IMG/VR virus record: IMGVR_UViG_3300021301_000019
Strand: one strand, 5' to 3'
Origin: a virus
DNA: 20,265 nt
Shown here piece after piece: positions 7,919 to 17,037 of this stretch. The position numbers were made by a program, and so were the translations under genes. Below the pieces are notes generated by a model. That model was not told where the DNA came from. It worked only from the letters and a program-made list of their open reading frames with translations, and ran no database searches. Numbering within the stretch: the first letter of the stretch is position 1; the number at the start of each line of letters is the position of its first letter.

Positions 7919-9220
7919 ATGGGAATTACTGATTATATTAGAACCAGATTATTGAATAATCGTGTGGAGCAGTACAACACCAAGCGCAGCTATTGGGGTG
8001 AAAGTGAAAGACAGCCTAGAGTCGATGGAATCAACACAGGTCTTGATCTTGTCGATGCACTCCCGCCAGTGATAAATAAAACAATAGCCAATGCACGTTA
8101 TGCTGTTAAGCTTGATGGTTACACCTCAGGAATTTTGAAAAACAGAATCGATAAGGCCAATGTCAATATTGTTCTTGTGGATAAGGAAAACAAGCTGTCT
8201 CAAGAGCAGAAACTAACGTTAATCCTTTGGGCCAGAAAAATTGATATTAGACAAGTGGCTAAGGAAATCTTGCAGGGCGGAATGGTTGACGGGGAAGGAC
8301 TAATCAAACCTGTGCAGCGCTGGGATAAATCCATTGGTAAATACATCAAGCCAATATTTCTTGAAATTGGTGCACACGGTTATGGATTGAAAAAGGAATT
8401 CAATGACGATAATGAAGTCCAGCTGTACCTTCATGAGATGCCGAAAGATATCGTTAACGGGTCTCCCGAAGACTTTAACAACTATGTAAGTGTTGAGGAA
8501 GGAACATTAACGGTCAAATATGATGCTGATGAGGTCATTAACTTCATGTACAATGAAATCTACGGCGAAGCCCAAAGCATCATCTTAAATTGCCTTGATG
8601 ACATTTACCACAAATGCAATCTCGAACGGAATCAGGTTGAAAGAATCAACAAGGACAACATCATTGAAGTAAAGCCGTCTCTTGATGCTAATGGCCAACC
8701 TATAATAACTGAGCTGTCATCAACCGCTAAAGAGAATCTTTATGCAGATTATGGAACAACTGCTAACAGTAATGTAGCTATTGTGCCTCCGGGAATCGAA
8801 TCCAAAATCTTAGGTGGTAACAACTACCAGTCTGACTATACAAGACAGACTGAAATATTTAGAAACAATATCTTAAGGACTTTCGTAACTCCACAGTCTC
8901 AGGCAGGTAACGAACGGTCTAACCAGAACGTTGCCGAATACATTAACGATTCTGCCATTACCGGGTTTATCGTTAATGTGGCTAATGATCAGAAATGGGT
9001 GTTAAAGTATTGCAATCAGCTATTGAATATGCAGCTGGAACTTATGGGCATTAATGAAACATTAAACATTTATTTCAGCTATTCAAGAGATGATGTGCTC
9101 CGATACATTATGGAACTCTCCTCTGAAGGTGATGAAATCTATAAGAACTACTTGTCTAACTTTGAAGAGGAACAGCCTGTCGGTGAGAGAATTTCATCTG
9201 AAAGCGGTGTTGAAGTATAA
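7919..9220 (+). CDS. Portal-like protein
   Basis: 433 aa; IRQVAKEILQGGMVDGEG, YDADEVINFMYNEIYGEAQSII, VAIVPPGIESKIL and ILRTFVTPQSQAG..SN segments follow the order of conserved portal blocks; upstream of protease/scaffold. Confidence 0.72.
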   Translation: MGITDYIRTRLLNNRVEQYNTKRSYWGESERQPRVDGINTGLDLVDALPPVINKTIANARYAVKLDGYTSGILKNRIDKANVNIVLVDKENKLSQEQKLTLILWARKIDIRQVAKEILQGGMVDGEGLIKPVQRWDKSIGKYIKPIFLEIGAHGYGLKKEFNDDNEVQLYLHEMPKDIVNGSPEDFNNYVSVEEGTLTVKYDADEVINFMYNEIYGEAQSIILNCLDDIYHKCNLERNQVERINKDNIIEVKPSLDANGQPIITELSSTAKENLYADYGTTANSNVAIVPPGIESKILGGNNYQSDYTRQTEIFRNNILRTFVTPQSQAGNERSNQNVAEYINDSAITGFIVNVANDQKWVLKYCNQLLNMQLELMGINETLNIYFSYSRDDVLRYIMELSSEGDEIYKNYLSNFEEEQPVGERISSESGVEV

Positions 9221-9304
9221 TGTTTTTTGTAAAATATTTATATGCAATATCATACATAATTATAAATTGAATTTTATCGGAGGTAAAAACTTCATTTGAG
9301 GTTC

Positions 9305-9355
9305 AGCCTGTATATCCTTGTCTCGACGAGGGGCGAATTAGGTGGTATACGGGTT
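9305..9355 (+). ncRNA. Putative structured RNA downstream of and convergent with the DUF3800 gene
   Basis: 11-bp stem 9305-9315:9345-9355 plus inner CCTTGT-CTCG-ACGAGG hairpin; G-U pairs favour the + strand; TTTATA box at 9237-9242. Confidence 0.5.
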
Positions 9356-9379
9356 CTTCTATCATTCATTAAACTAATT

Positions 9380-9987
9380 TTAATTTTCATACACGAATTT
9401 AATTTCCTTGTTTTTTATCAAATCAATAAATTCATGATTTTCATTTTCAAAATTCTGGAATGCTGACCATGAAATCAAATCTGCCATCTGTAATCCTTTG
9501 TAATTCATTGAATCTGCGTGCTCAATGGTAATGGGTTGTTTTTGAATATTAATTAAACTGTTTAAAAAGAGTTCATTGAAATTGTCAATTTCTTTCTGTT
9601 TGTTTTTTGACTTGTCAATGAATATGAAAGTGGGTTTATCTATATTGATTAATTCAGCCAGTTTTGAAGCTAAAATGTCATATGTCTCTTTGTTGTCATA
9701 TTCATAACCTATTTTATATCTGTTTGATTTGTCAAAGACGATTATGAAAATTTCATAATCAATGTTTTTCAACTTTTTGAGGATTTTGATTTTTAATTCA
9801 TAAGGTAAGTTTCCGCCTTTGATTTCAGCAGAACTCAACATTTTCTTTTTAAATGACCTTCGGATTTTTTAAATTGACTTGTCCAGCTTCTTTGAATCCT
9901 CAACTTTAATGGCAGCCATAATAAAATGCTTTGAAATGCCTTGTTTAGTTCCCAAATCTCGCTTTCATCAATATAAATATAAGACAT
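9380..9987 (-). pseudogene. DUF3800-family (RNase H-like fold) protein, frameshifted and with a premature stop
   Basis: N-terminal MSYIYIDES[G]DLG motif needs +1 G at ~9960; in-frame TAA at 9871-9869; downstream EIKG, IFIDK and LQMADLISW (QxxD) motifs. Confidence 0.8.
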
Positions 9988-10077
9988 GCTTAAAACCCGA
10001 TTATAATTATTTAACAACGCATTATTAATCTATTTTTCATCATTAATTAATCTTTTTAATGACAAATAGAATATAAA

Positions 10078-10113
10078 TATTTATATAAAATAAATAATAA
10101 AATATATAATAAA
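10078..10113 (+). promoter_or_regulatory. Putative late promoter (scaffold gene)
   Basis: TATTTATATAAAATAAATAATAAAATAT identical to 11703-11730; 10080-10113 matches 13689-13722 at 33/34. Confidence 0.7.
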
Positions 10114-10134
10114 TAATATAATAAAGTGATAATC

Positions 10135-11124
10135 ATGAAACATGAACTTTTTGAAGTCGGATCATATGACTACTCCGATTTGGATAAACGTCTGACCAAA
10201 CCTGTTGAATGGACTGCTGAAGATCTAAAGCTAATAGCTGAAAACTACCGTGGCGGAATTCCTTTAACATCAGAGCACGATAGGGTTTATATCGGCATCG
10301 GAAACAACATAGTATTCGAAGAGGATAAGGGAAAGCTATTCATAGACCTTCCGGATGAACTTGACATGAAAGGAAAAGGGCTGTCACCAAAAGTTGATGT
10401 TTTGCTGAAAGACAATGGAGATTCATTTGGAATTGATACTATGAGCTTGATAGATGTAGGTGTAACCAAAAACCCGAGAAAGATAACTTTGTTGAATTCT
10501 GAAATAACCGGCGAGACTGGTGCAATCGGAGAGACAGGAGAAATCGGAGAAACTGGAAATCCAGAACCTGCACCACAACCTCCTGAACCGCAAAACCAGG
10601 ACGCTAATGTGGCAACCAATCTGCTTTTGGAAAAACTTCAGGGCAAAGATGCTGAAATCGGAAAACTGCAGGATGAAATTGACAACCTGAAAAAGGAATC
10701 CAAAAAGTATGACAAGATTAAAAAGTCTATAGAGGAAAACAAGGAATTCATAAACAATAAGGAAGATATCCTAAAGGAATTGTCTGAACTTAGAAAACAT
10801 GAAAATGAAAGGAAAATAAAAGAGTACGAAGCTAAATACAACTTCAACTACAATGAAAACGCACAGGATAAGGAAATCATCGATAAGCTACTCACAGGTG
10901 ATGTTGATATGGAACTGATGGAAAAACTTGCTGAGAGAAGAATTAAAATTGAAGCTACAAATGACATTTCAGCTCCTGGCGGACGCAACCCTCAAAACTC
11001 AGGTGAAGTCGGTGAAACCGGAACTACTGGAAAAACAGGAGATGAAAACGCTCCGTCATTTACAACCCGTGAAGAATATAACAAGATTCTAAAGGACATG
11101 GGATTCAACCGAACTAGAATATAG
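10135..11124 (+). CDS. Prohead protease (Mu gpI-like) fused to coiled-coil scaffold
   Basis: FEVGSY...WTAEDLKLIAENY...PLTSEH...GLSP...LIDVGVTKNP pattern of Mu gpI-like proteases; Pro-rich linker and long charged coiled coil. Confidence 0.7.
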   Translation: MKHELFEVGSYDYSDLDKRLTKPVEWTAEDLKLIAENYRGGIPLTSEHDRVYIGIGNNIVFEEDKGKLFIDLPDELDMKGKGLSPKVDVLLKDNGDSFGIDTMSLIDVGVTKNPRKITLLNSEITGETGAIGETGEIGETGNPEPAPQPPEPQNQDANVATNLLLEKLQGKDAEIGKLQDEIDNLKKESKKYDKIKKSIEENKEFINNKEDILKELSELRKHENERKIKEYEAKYNFNYNENAQDKEIIDKLLTGDVDMELMEKLAERRIKIEATNDISAPGGRNPQNSGEVGETGTTGKTGDENAPSFTTREEYNKILKDMGFNRTRI

Positions 11125-11193
11125 CTATGATGGTGTTTTTCTAACTTTTCCACCGGAGCTATACTTTCATTGAATCGCTCGTTATTTATATTT

Positions 11194-11220
11194 GGGAAGG
11201 TGTTTTCACTTTCCCTTTTT
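11194..11220 (+). terminator. Hairpin plus T-tract after scaffold gene
   Basis: GGGAAGGTG-TTTT-CACTTTCCC followed by TTTTT. Confidence 0.55.
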
Positions 11221-11448
11221 AAATTTACAAAACTTAACCCCGAACCGACCGGTAAACGGTCGGTTCTTAAATCTGACAAGATTAATTATTTCTTCATATG
11301 CCTATTGCGACTCATTTCATTCGTCGCAACCTGTCCATCAGAGATGGACAGCTTATTTTTCATGAATGCTGATTAGCGAAAATATCCAGAACAAATCAGT
11401 AATATTATTAAACAGTAATGTAATAAATTATATCGAGGAATGAATAAA

Positions 11449-11535
11449 ATGTTTTGTAAATGGTATTATCATGGCTGTTGTATACTATTTGCGTGTCCCT
11501 GTGATTTGACTGGGTCATGCGGACTCAAAGAATAA
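11449..11535 (+). CDS. Cys-rich microprotein candidate, 28 aa (MFCKWYYHGCCILFACPCDLTGSCGLKE)
   Basis: GAGGA RBS at 11435-11439, 9 nt before ATG; six Cys; sits in an otherwise AT-rich gap. Confidence 0.35.
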   Translation: MFCKWYYHGCCILFACPCDLTGSCGLKE

Positions 11536-11702
11536 ATAGAACTTAATATTTAATTTTATGGATTATTTTTACATTAATACCCGCAGGTATTGATGAACAG
11601 TATCTAATTTGGTATTGTGGAGTATCAACTATTTTTCAAGCAATCATATTGATGTCATGAGCTGTTAGTGTAACTAATTTTTTATTACTATTTTTATTAT
11701 AT

Positions 11703-11730
11703 TATTTATATAAAATAAATAATAAAATAT
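11703..11730 (+). promoter_or_regulatory. Putative late promoter (DUF2341-like gene)
   Basis: 28-nt exact match to 10078-10105. Confidence 0.7.
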
Positions 11731-11735
11731 TGATT

Positions 11736-12926
11736 ATGACATTGCAAGAGGAACTACAAATCAATATTGTAATGAGTAACTACAACCAGAGAAGCGGAAG
11801 CTATTCATCCAACTATGATTATCTCTTCTTGGATAATCTGGCCAACAGCTCTTACGCTAATCTTTTCAGAAGTGATTTGAAAAATCTTAAAATCAAAACA
11901 AAGGACAAAACGGAATGCAAGGTTCTATACATTCCTGCTTATGGATCTCAACCTTCAGCAATACTGATGAGAGTTCCGACAAGTAAAATCTCTGAAACCA
12001 CAAAGCTATTGCTGGATGTTCATGACAAATCAACAACATTCTCAAGCACTTTAACGACTGGTGGTGAAGTGCTGATGTTTGATGCAAACTCTGATACATT
12101 TTCACAATTTTTCATGAACTACTCCGGTTTATCGTCAAACAATGACTCAGCAGACGGGGGCAAATTCTTAAGGGCAAGATACGTTCCAAGCCTTGACGGC
12201 AGCTCTCCAACCGGATTAATCACAACCGTTGCTTCAGCTCAAAGTTTGGCTAATAATCGTGTTACTGTTGCAAGATTTAAAAGGATAAACGGTAATGTCA
12301 GCGTTAATGATAATGCAACATATCATGGAACAACAACCGGATGTGTCATGATGCAGTCAGACTTTAATCTCACAATTTATCAGGAGGATTTAAAATCCAC
12401 AAGCATAAACTTTGGCGGTAGTAAATCCTACTGCATGTTTACCGGCACTGAAACTTTGGTAATGGCCAGTTCATTTGATGCATATTCATCAGGAAGCGAT
12501 GACGAGGGAAACTGGAAAAAGTATCATATTCACGGCCGTGCAGGAACGGGAACATCAAACACTTCAGATTACTTGGAAGGATTCATGAGAGACAATCCAA
12601 CCAAAATTTATCAAAATGATTACAATGAGGTTTCCATTTCTCCGGAATGGTATCTGACAGATGAATTTGAGGAATACAATTATGTTGACTTGAAGTGGCT
12701 TTTGATATTTCCATCGCCATTGTTTGCAGCCAATGGAATTCCGCAGGTAAGCGTAACGCAAAGGCAGACAAAAACCGGAATCAGATTATACAAAGGTGAA
12801 CATGAGTATCCTAAGGCCTATAAAGGCAGTACATTATTGTGGGATGCAAATGACGAGTCATTGGAAAATACAGGCCTTTACATACCGGATAAGATAATCA
12901 ACCATGATTGGGATTGGGTGTTTTAG
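11736..12926 (+). CDS. DUF2341-like virion/adhesin-type protein
   Basis: FRSDLKNLKIKTKDKTECKVLYI...ILMRVP...LLLDV resembles the DUF2341 signature; S/T/G-rich beta-type central domain; NYVDLKWLLIF near C-terminus. Confidence 0.5.
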   Translation: MTLQEELQINIVMSNYNQRSGSYSSNYDYLFLDNLANSSYANLFRSDLKNLKIKTKDKTECKVLYIPAYGSQPSAILMRVPTSKISETTKLLLDVHDKSTTFSSTLTTGGEVLMFDANSDTFSQFFMNYSGLSSNNDSADGGKFLRARYVPSLDGSSPTGLITTVASAQSLANNRVTVARFKRINGNVSVNDNATYHGTTTGCVMMQSDFNLTIYQEDLKSTSINFGGSKSYCMFTGTETLVMASSFDAYSSGSDDEGNWKKYHIHGRAGTGTSNTSDYLEGFMRDNPTKIYQNDYNEVSISPEWYLTDEFEEYNYVDLKWLLIFPSPLFAANGIPQVSVTQRQTKTGIRLYKGEHEYPKAYKGSTLLWDANDESLENTGLYIPDKIINHDWDWVF

Positions 12927-13697
12927 ATGATTATCGATTATGATGAAACAATAGGACATAATCGTGGCCATCCGACAGGATTAAGTCATGAAGAGAAAAT
13001 GGATGTTATTGCATGTCTTCTGGATGAGGGCGAAAAGAGGTATGTTAATGAGGAGCATACTGCATGGATTTCAGCAAACCAGTGCCGTGTCGGTGAAATG
13101 GTAACATTAGCGGAAGATTCAACAATGGAACACACAATAGTCAAAAAAGCCAAAGAGGGGGATTTGGCATTCGGCTATCTGTTGGGCAAGGTTCAGGTAA
13201 GGTCTTCAGGCCATACCTTAGTTACTGTGGCCGTTCTTGGAGATGTTTTCAGATTAAAACTGAAAAGACCTGCTCCAGCAGATATATTGCCGAACACAAG
13301 AATCTACATTGACAAGGATGGTGAATGCAATCCTGTCCATGGCCATGACTTAAGATTATTGTCGATTGTCAACCTGACGGAAAATGAGGATGTGGAATAC
13401 ATCAGGGTCTACAGGCAGATGTCAGAAATCGAAATGTATCCGGAATCCCAGAACTGTCTTGATCTTGCTGACTGTTCCTTCGAGCAGGATGAAATAACTC
13501 ACGTCGTCAACATGATTGTACCAACAGAGTCCAACATAATGGCACAGGCCAATTATGTTAAAGACAATGATGGTGTTACTTATTGTGAGCTTCCGGATGT
13601 GGCCATTGTCAATAATGTCCGTTTTGTCTGGGAGGACAATAAGCTCTACATGGAATGGGACGGCTGCAGTGAAGATGAAAAGGTATACTTTATATAA
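12927..13697 (+). CDS. Capsid decoration/cement-like protein (DUF2190-like N-terminus) with C-terminal extension
   Basis: CRVGEMVTL..D.....VKKA..GD..FGYL...VTV.VLG..FRLKL pattern; paralogous to 15230-15859. Confidence 0.5.
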   Translation: MIIDYDETIGHNRGHPTGLSHEEKMDVIACLLDEGEKRYVNEEHTAWISANQCRVGEMVTLAEDSTMEHTIVKKAKEGDLAFGYLLGKVQVRSSGHTLVTVAVLGDVFRLKLKRPAPADILPNTRIYIDKDGECNPVHGHDLRLLSIVNLTENEDVEYIRVYRQMSEIEMYPESQNCLDLADCSFEQDEITHVVNMIVPTESNIMAQANYVKDNDGVTYCELPDVAIVNNVRFVWEDNKLYMEWDGCSEDEKVYFI

Positions 13698-13744
13698 AAG
13701 AAATAATAAAATATATAATAAATTATATAATAAAATATATAATA
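13689..13744 (+). promoter_or_regulatory. Putative late promoter (fibre/lysis operon)
   Basis: TTTATATAAAAGAAATAATAAAATATATAATAAA (33/34 match to 10080-10113) with further ATATAATAA units. Confidence 0.65.
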
Positions 13745-13756
13745 GAGGTTTTAATC

Positions 13757-13948
13757 ATGACCATAAGGAAACTTGTCGGAACACTGGAAAACAAAGGACC
13801 ATACATAGACCAGGCAACAGGCCACTGGTTTTACTGGAACGGCACCAAATATGTGGACTCAGGCTATCCTTATGCAGTTAAGCCCATTATAGAATTTAAA
13901 ATCGAAAATGGAAAATTATACTACTCTATTACATGGGAGGCACAATGA
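13757..13948 (+). CDS. Small virion-type protein, 63 aa
   Basis: GAGG RBS; GPYIDQATGHWFYWNG and FKIENGKLYY beta-hairpin motifs like those in phage fibre proteins. Confidence 0.65.
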   Translation: MTIRKLVGTLENKGPYIDQATGHWFYWNGTKYVDSGYPYAVKPIIEFKIENGKLYYSITWEAQ

Positions 13949-14109
13949 AATACATCAAATACTTTGAAACGGTAGAAGAGTACGAGTCCTGGATAAACAT
14001 TGAAGAGAATGCTGAAGAAGCATACAGAACTGAAGAAAAGATTTGCGTTGATGGAGTAATCCTCAGCCACACCAACAAGACATTTGAAGAGGTGGAAAAT
14101 GATTTATGA
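13945..14109 (+). CDS. Small acidic protein, 54 aa (MKYIKYFETVEEYESW...); not in the supplied ORF track
   Basis: GGAGG RBS, ATGA overlap with upstream stop, TGA at 14107-14109. Confidence 0.65.
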   Translation: MKYIKYFETVEEYESWINIEENAEEAYRTEEKICVDGVILSHTNKTFEEVENDL

Positions 14110-14347
14110 ATGGTTAGAAAGGAATAGAAAAGACATTGACATTTTAACTTCATTTTTAGTCACCGTCATTCCAATCATCATGCTGTACTCAGAAGCGCTA
14201 GGAATTACAGAAAACACAATTCCCTACTGTATATTGATGATAGTTTTAGGTGTGGCCAGTCATTATGCAAGCCGTATAAGAGGCGAAGGAGATGTTGAAA
14301 GCGCTAAAAAGAAATCTAAAAGAGTATTGGGCTATCCCGAACAATAA
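14099..14347 (+). CDS. Holin-like membrane protein (two TM helices, basic C-terminus)
   Basis: GAGGTG RBS before ATG 14099; two hydrophobic segments then KKKSKR tail. Confidence 0.55.
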   Translation: MIYEWLERNRKDIDILTSFLVTVIPIIMLYSEALGITENTIPYCILMIVLGVASHYASRIRGEGDVESAKKKSKRVLGYPEQ

Positions 14348-14368
14348 ACTCATTTGGAGAATAATCTT

Positions 14369-14644
14369 ATGTTGATAACCATGAACCAGTTAAAGAAAAA
14401 GATATTCATCTGCAACTTTGCCAAAACAATTTCAAGTGCTGTTTTAACAGCAGTAGCTATCAACATCATCATGGAAAACGCAACAAAGTATGCTTTAATC
14501 GAAGGACTAATACCATTTGCATTAGCCATCATCATTGTTGCACTAATCGATATTTATCAGTATAGATGTGAAAGACAAGATAAGGAAAATGCCGATGACA
14601 TGGAGAAAAGAATCCAAAACCTGGAGAAAAAATATGGCGAATAA
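14369..14644 (+). CDS. Second holin-like membrane protein (two TM helices plus coiled-coil tail)
   Basis: GGAG RBS 9 nt before ATG 14369; two hydrophobic segments, charged C-terminus. Confidence 0.5.
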   Translation: MLITMNQLKKKIFICNFAKTISSAVLTAVAINIIMENATKYALIEGLIPFALAIIIVALIDIYQYRCERQDKENADDMEKRIQNLEKKYGE

Positions 14645-15233
14645 GATACTGATTGCAGTTCCAACATTCGAGTCCATCAAGCCGGAATGCTTCAAAAGCA
14701 TTTACGGTTTGAAAAGGCCGGAAGGTTATGATTTGTACTTTGATTATGTTTCAGGCTATGACTGCGCCAAGGCAAGAAACCAGATAGCAAAAAATGCTAT
14801 TGATGGAAGTTATGATTATGTCCTGATGGTGGACTCAGACATTCAGCTTCCACGTGACGCTTTAGTTAAGCTATTGGAATGTGACTCTGACATTGCTCTT
14901 GGCTGGTACTATAGGAAAAGAACAAAAACAGATCAGACAGTAATCTTCACTTTCGGAAAAAACTTTGATGATCATAACTGCATTACTGGCCAGACCATGA
15001 TTCACGAAGTTCCACATTCAATTGATGTTAAGGGTGGTGGCCTTGGAATAGCTTTAATCAAAGTCGAAATCTTCAATAAACTTCAATATCCATATTTCAA
15101 GTTCGTTACTTACAGTGATGATTCAGTACTCTCAGAAGATTTATATTTCTGCAATTTAGCTAGTAAAAACGGCTGTAATATCAAATGCAACCCTCAAGTT
15201 AAAGGAAACCATATATTCGATGTGATAATGTGA
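14634..15233 (+). CDS. GT-A fold glycosyltransferase (family 2-like)
   Basis: KILIAVPT, ARNQIA, YDYVLMVDSD (DxD), GGGLGIALIK, LSEDLYFC motifs; GGAG RBS before ATG 14634. Confidence 0.88.
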   Translation: MANKILIAVPTFESIKPECFKSIYGLKRPEGYDLYFDYVSGYDCAKARNQIAKNAIDGSYDYVLMVDSDIQLPRDALVKLLECDSDIALGWYYRKRTKTDQTVIFTFGKNFDDHNCITGQTMIHEVPHSIDVKGGGLGIALIKVEIFNKLQYPYFKFVTYSDDSVLSEDLYFCNLASKNGCNIKCNPQVKGNHIFDVIM

Positions 15234-15859
15234 GCGATACAATTGTTTTATTGGAAGAAAGAAAGGAGATTACTACCTTCTTATTGGATGATGGAGTTAA
15301 GACATTAGTCGATAATGTAATAACAACATCTGGTAGTAGTCTTGGATACGAGTATTCCAATAAGTGCGTAGTTGATGACATACTCTGTATTTCAGACAAA
15401 TCAGCAATAGGAAAGGAATCACTCAGAAAATACACTGGCGATGCAACAGAAGTTCCTGTCGGCGTTCTTGTCAATGAACCGGTCGTAATGACAAATGGTG
15501 AGAGAAAAGGAAGCGTGCTTCTCTTAGGAGGACTCTACAGGCTGAAACTGGCTTCAGGCCAAATAGTTAAAACCGCTGATAGAATCAAACTGTCAGCCAA
15601 TGGGGCTCTTGTCGATAATGCTGGAGAATTTTTGGCATTCCATCCCGTTGCAAATTCTGATGAATACAATTATGTTAATTGTTTCCAAGTGAGTTTTGGA
15701 GGTAAAGGAGAGAAAGGAGACACCGGAGATACAGGGGCTGCGACTGTAATCCTCGGGTCTTATGATACTTTCGAAGAACTGATAGCAGCACATCCAACAG
15801 CCAATGAAGGCGCTGCATTCCTAGTGAATGGGGAGCTATTCGTTTGGCATAACGATTAA
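15230..15859 (+). CDS. Capsid decoration-like protein fused to a short collagen stretch and a truncated fibre module
   Basis: N-terminus paralogous to 12927-13697; [12 protein letters not shown]; ends GSYDTFEELIAAHPTANEGAAFLVNGELFVWHND. Confidence 0.6.
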   Translation: MSDTIVLLEERKEITTFLLDDGVKTLVDNVITTSGSSLGYEYSNKCVVDDILCISDKSAIGKESLRKYTGDATEVPVGVLVNEPVVMTNGERKGSVLLLGGLYRLKLASGQIVKTADRIKLSANGALVDNAGEFLAFHPVANSDEYNYVNCFQVSFGGKGEKGDTGDTGAATVILGSYDTFEELIAAHPTANEGAAFLVNGELFVWHND

Positions 15860-15871
15860 AAATTAAATTTA

Positions 15872-16757
<886 letters not shown>

Positions 16758-16762
16758 AAAGA

Positions 16763-16820
16763 ACTTCCTAAAAAACTCCCTTAGGAAGTACTGGCTAATT
16801 TGCTAGTACTTCCTTTTTTT
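16763..16820 (+). terminator. Terminator-like hairpin with overlapping alternative stem
   Basis: GGAAGTACTGGC-TAATTT-GCTAGTACTTCC plus T7; ACTTCCTAA (16763-16771) can pair with TTAGGAAGT (16781-16789). Confidence 0.7.
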
Positions 16821-16842
16821 ATAAAACAAAAACGGTGATAAT

Positions 16843-17034
16843 ATGGCATGGGTAAATGTAGGAAACATCAAAGGCGATACAGGTCCGGTCAATCTCGTTT
16901 CAACATTGGACACAACAGATGCAACAAATGCGGTAACTAATAGTGCAATAGCCAGTGAACTTGAAAGTATCCAAACGGCTATTGGAAACATTACGCAGGC
17001 TCAGCAAAGCAACCTGACATTGCTTGGGAGTTAG
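16843..17034 (+). CDS. Small fibre adaptor-like protein, 63 aa
   Basis: GGTGA RBS; begins MAWVNVGNIKGDTGP, ends in an amphipathic helix. Confidence 0.75.
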   Translation: MAWVNVGNIKGDTGPVNLVSTLDTTDATNAVTNSAIASELESIQTAIGNITQAQQSNLTLLGS

Positions 17035-17037
17035 ACA

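Noticed and set aside
9090-9299. 69-aa ORF overlapping the portal 3' end
   Set aside because: Alternative frame of the portal running into AT-rich intergenic DNA; no RBS
11736-12926. Candidate for the missing major capsid protein (right size and position)
   Set aside because: S/T/G/Y-rich beta composition and DUF2341-like signature; no HK97-like spine helix or P-domain pattern visible. A structure prediction would settle it
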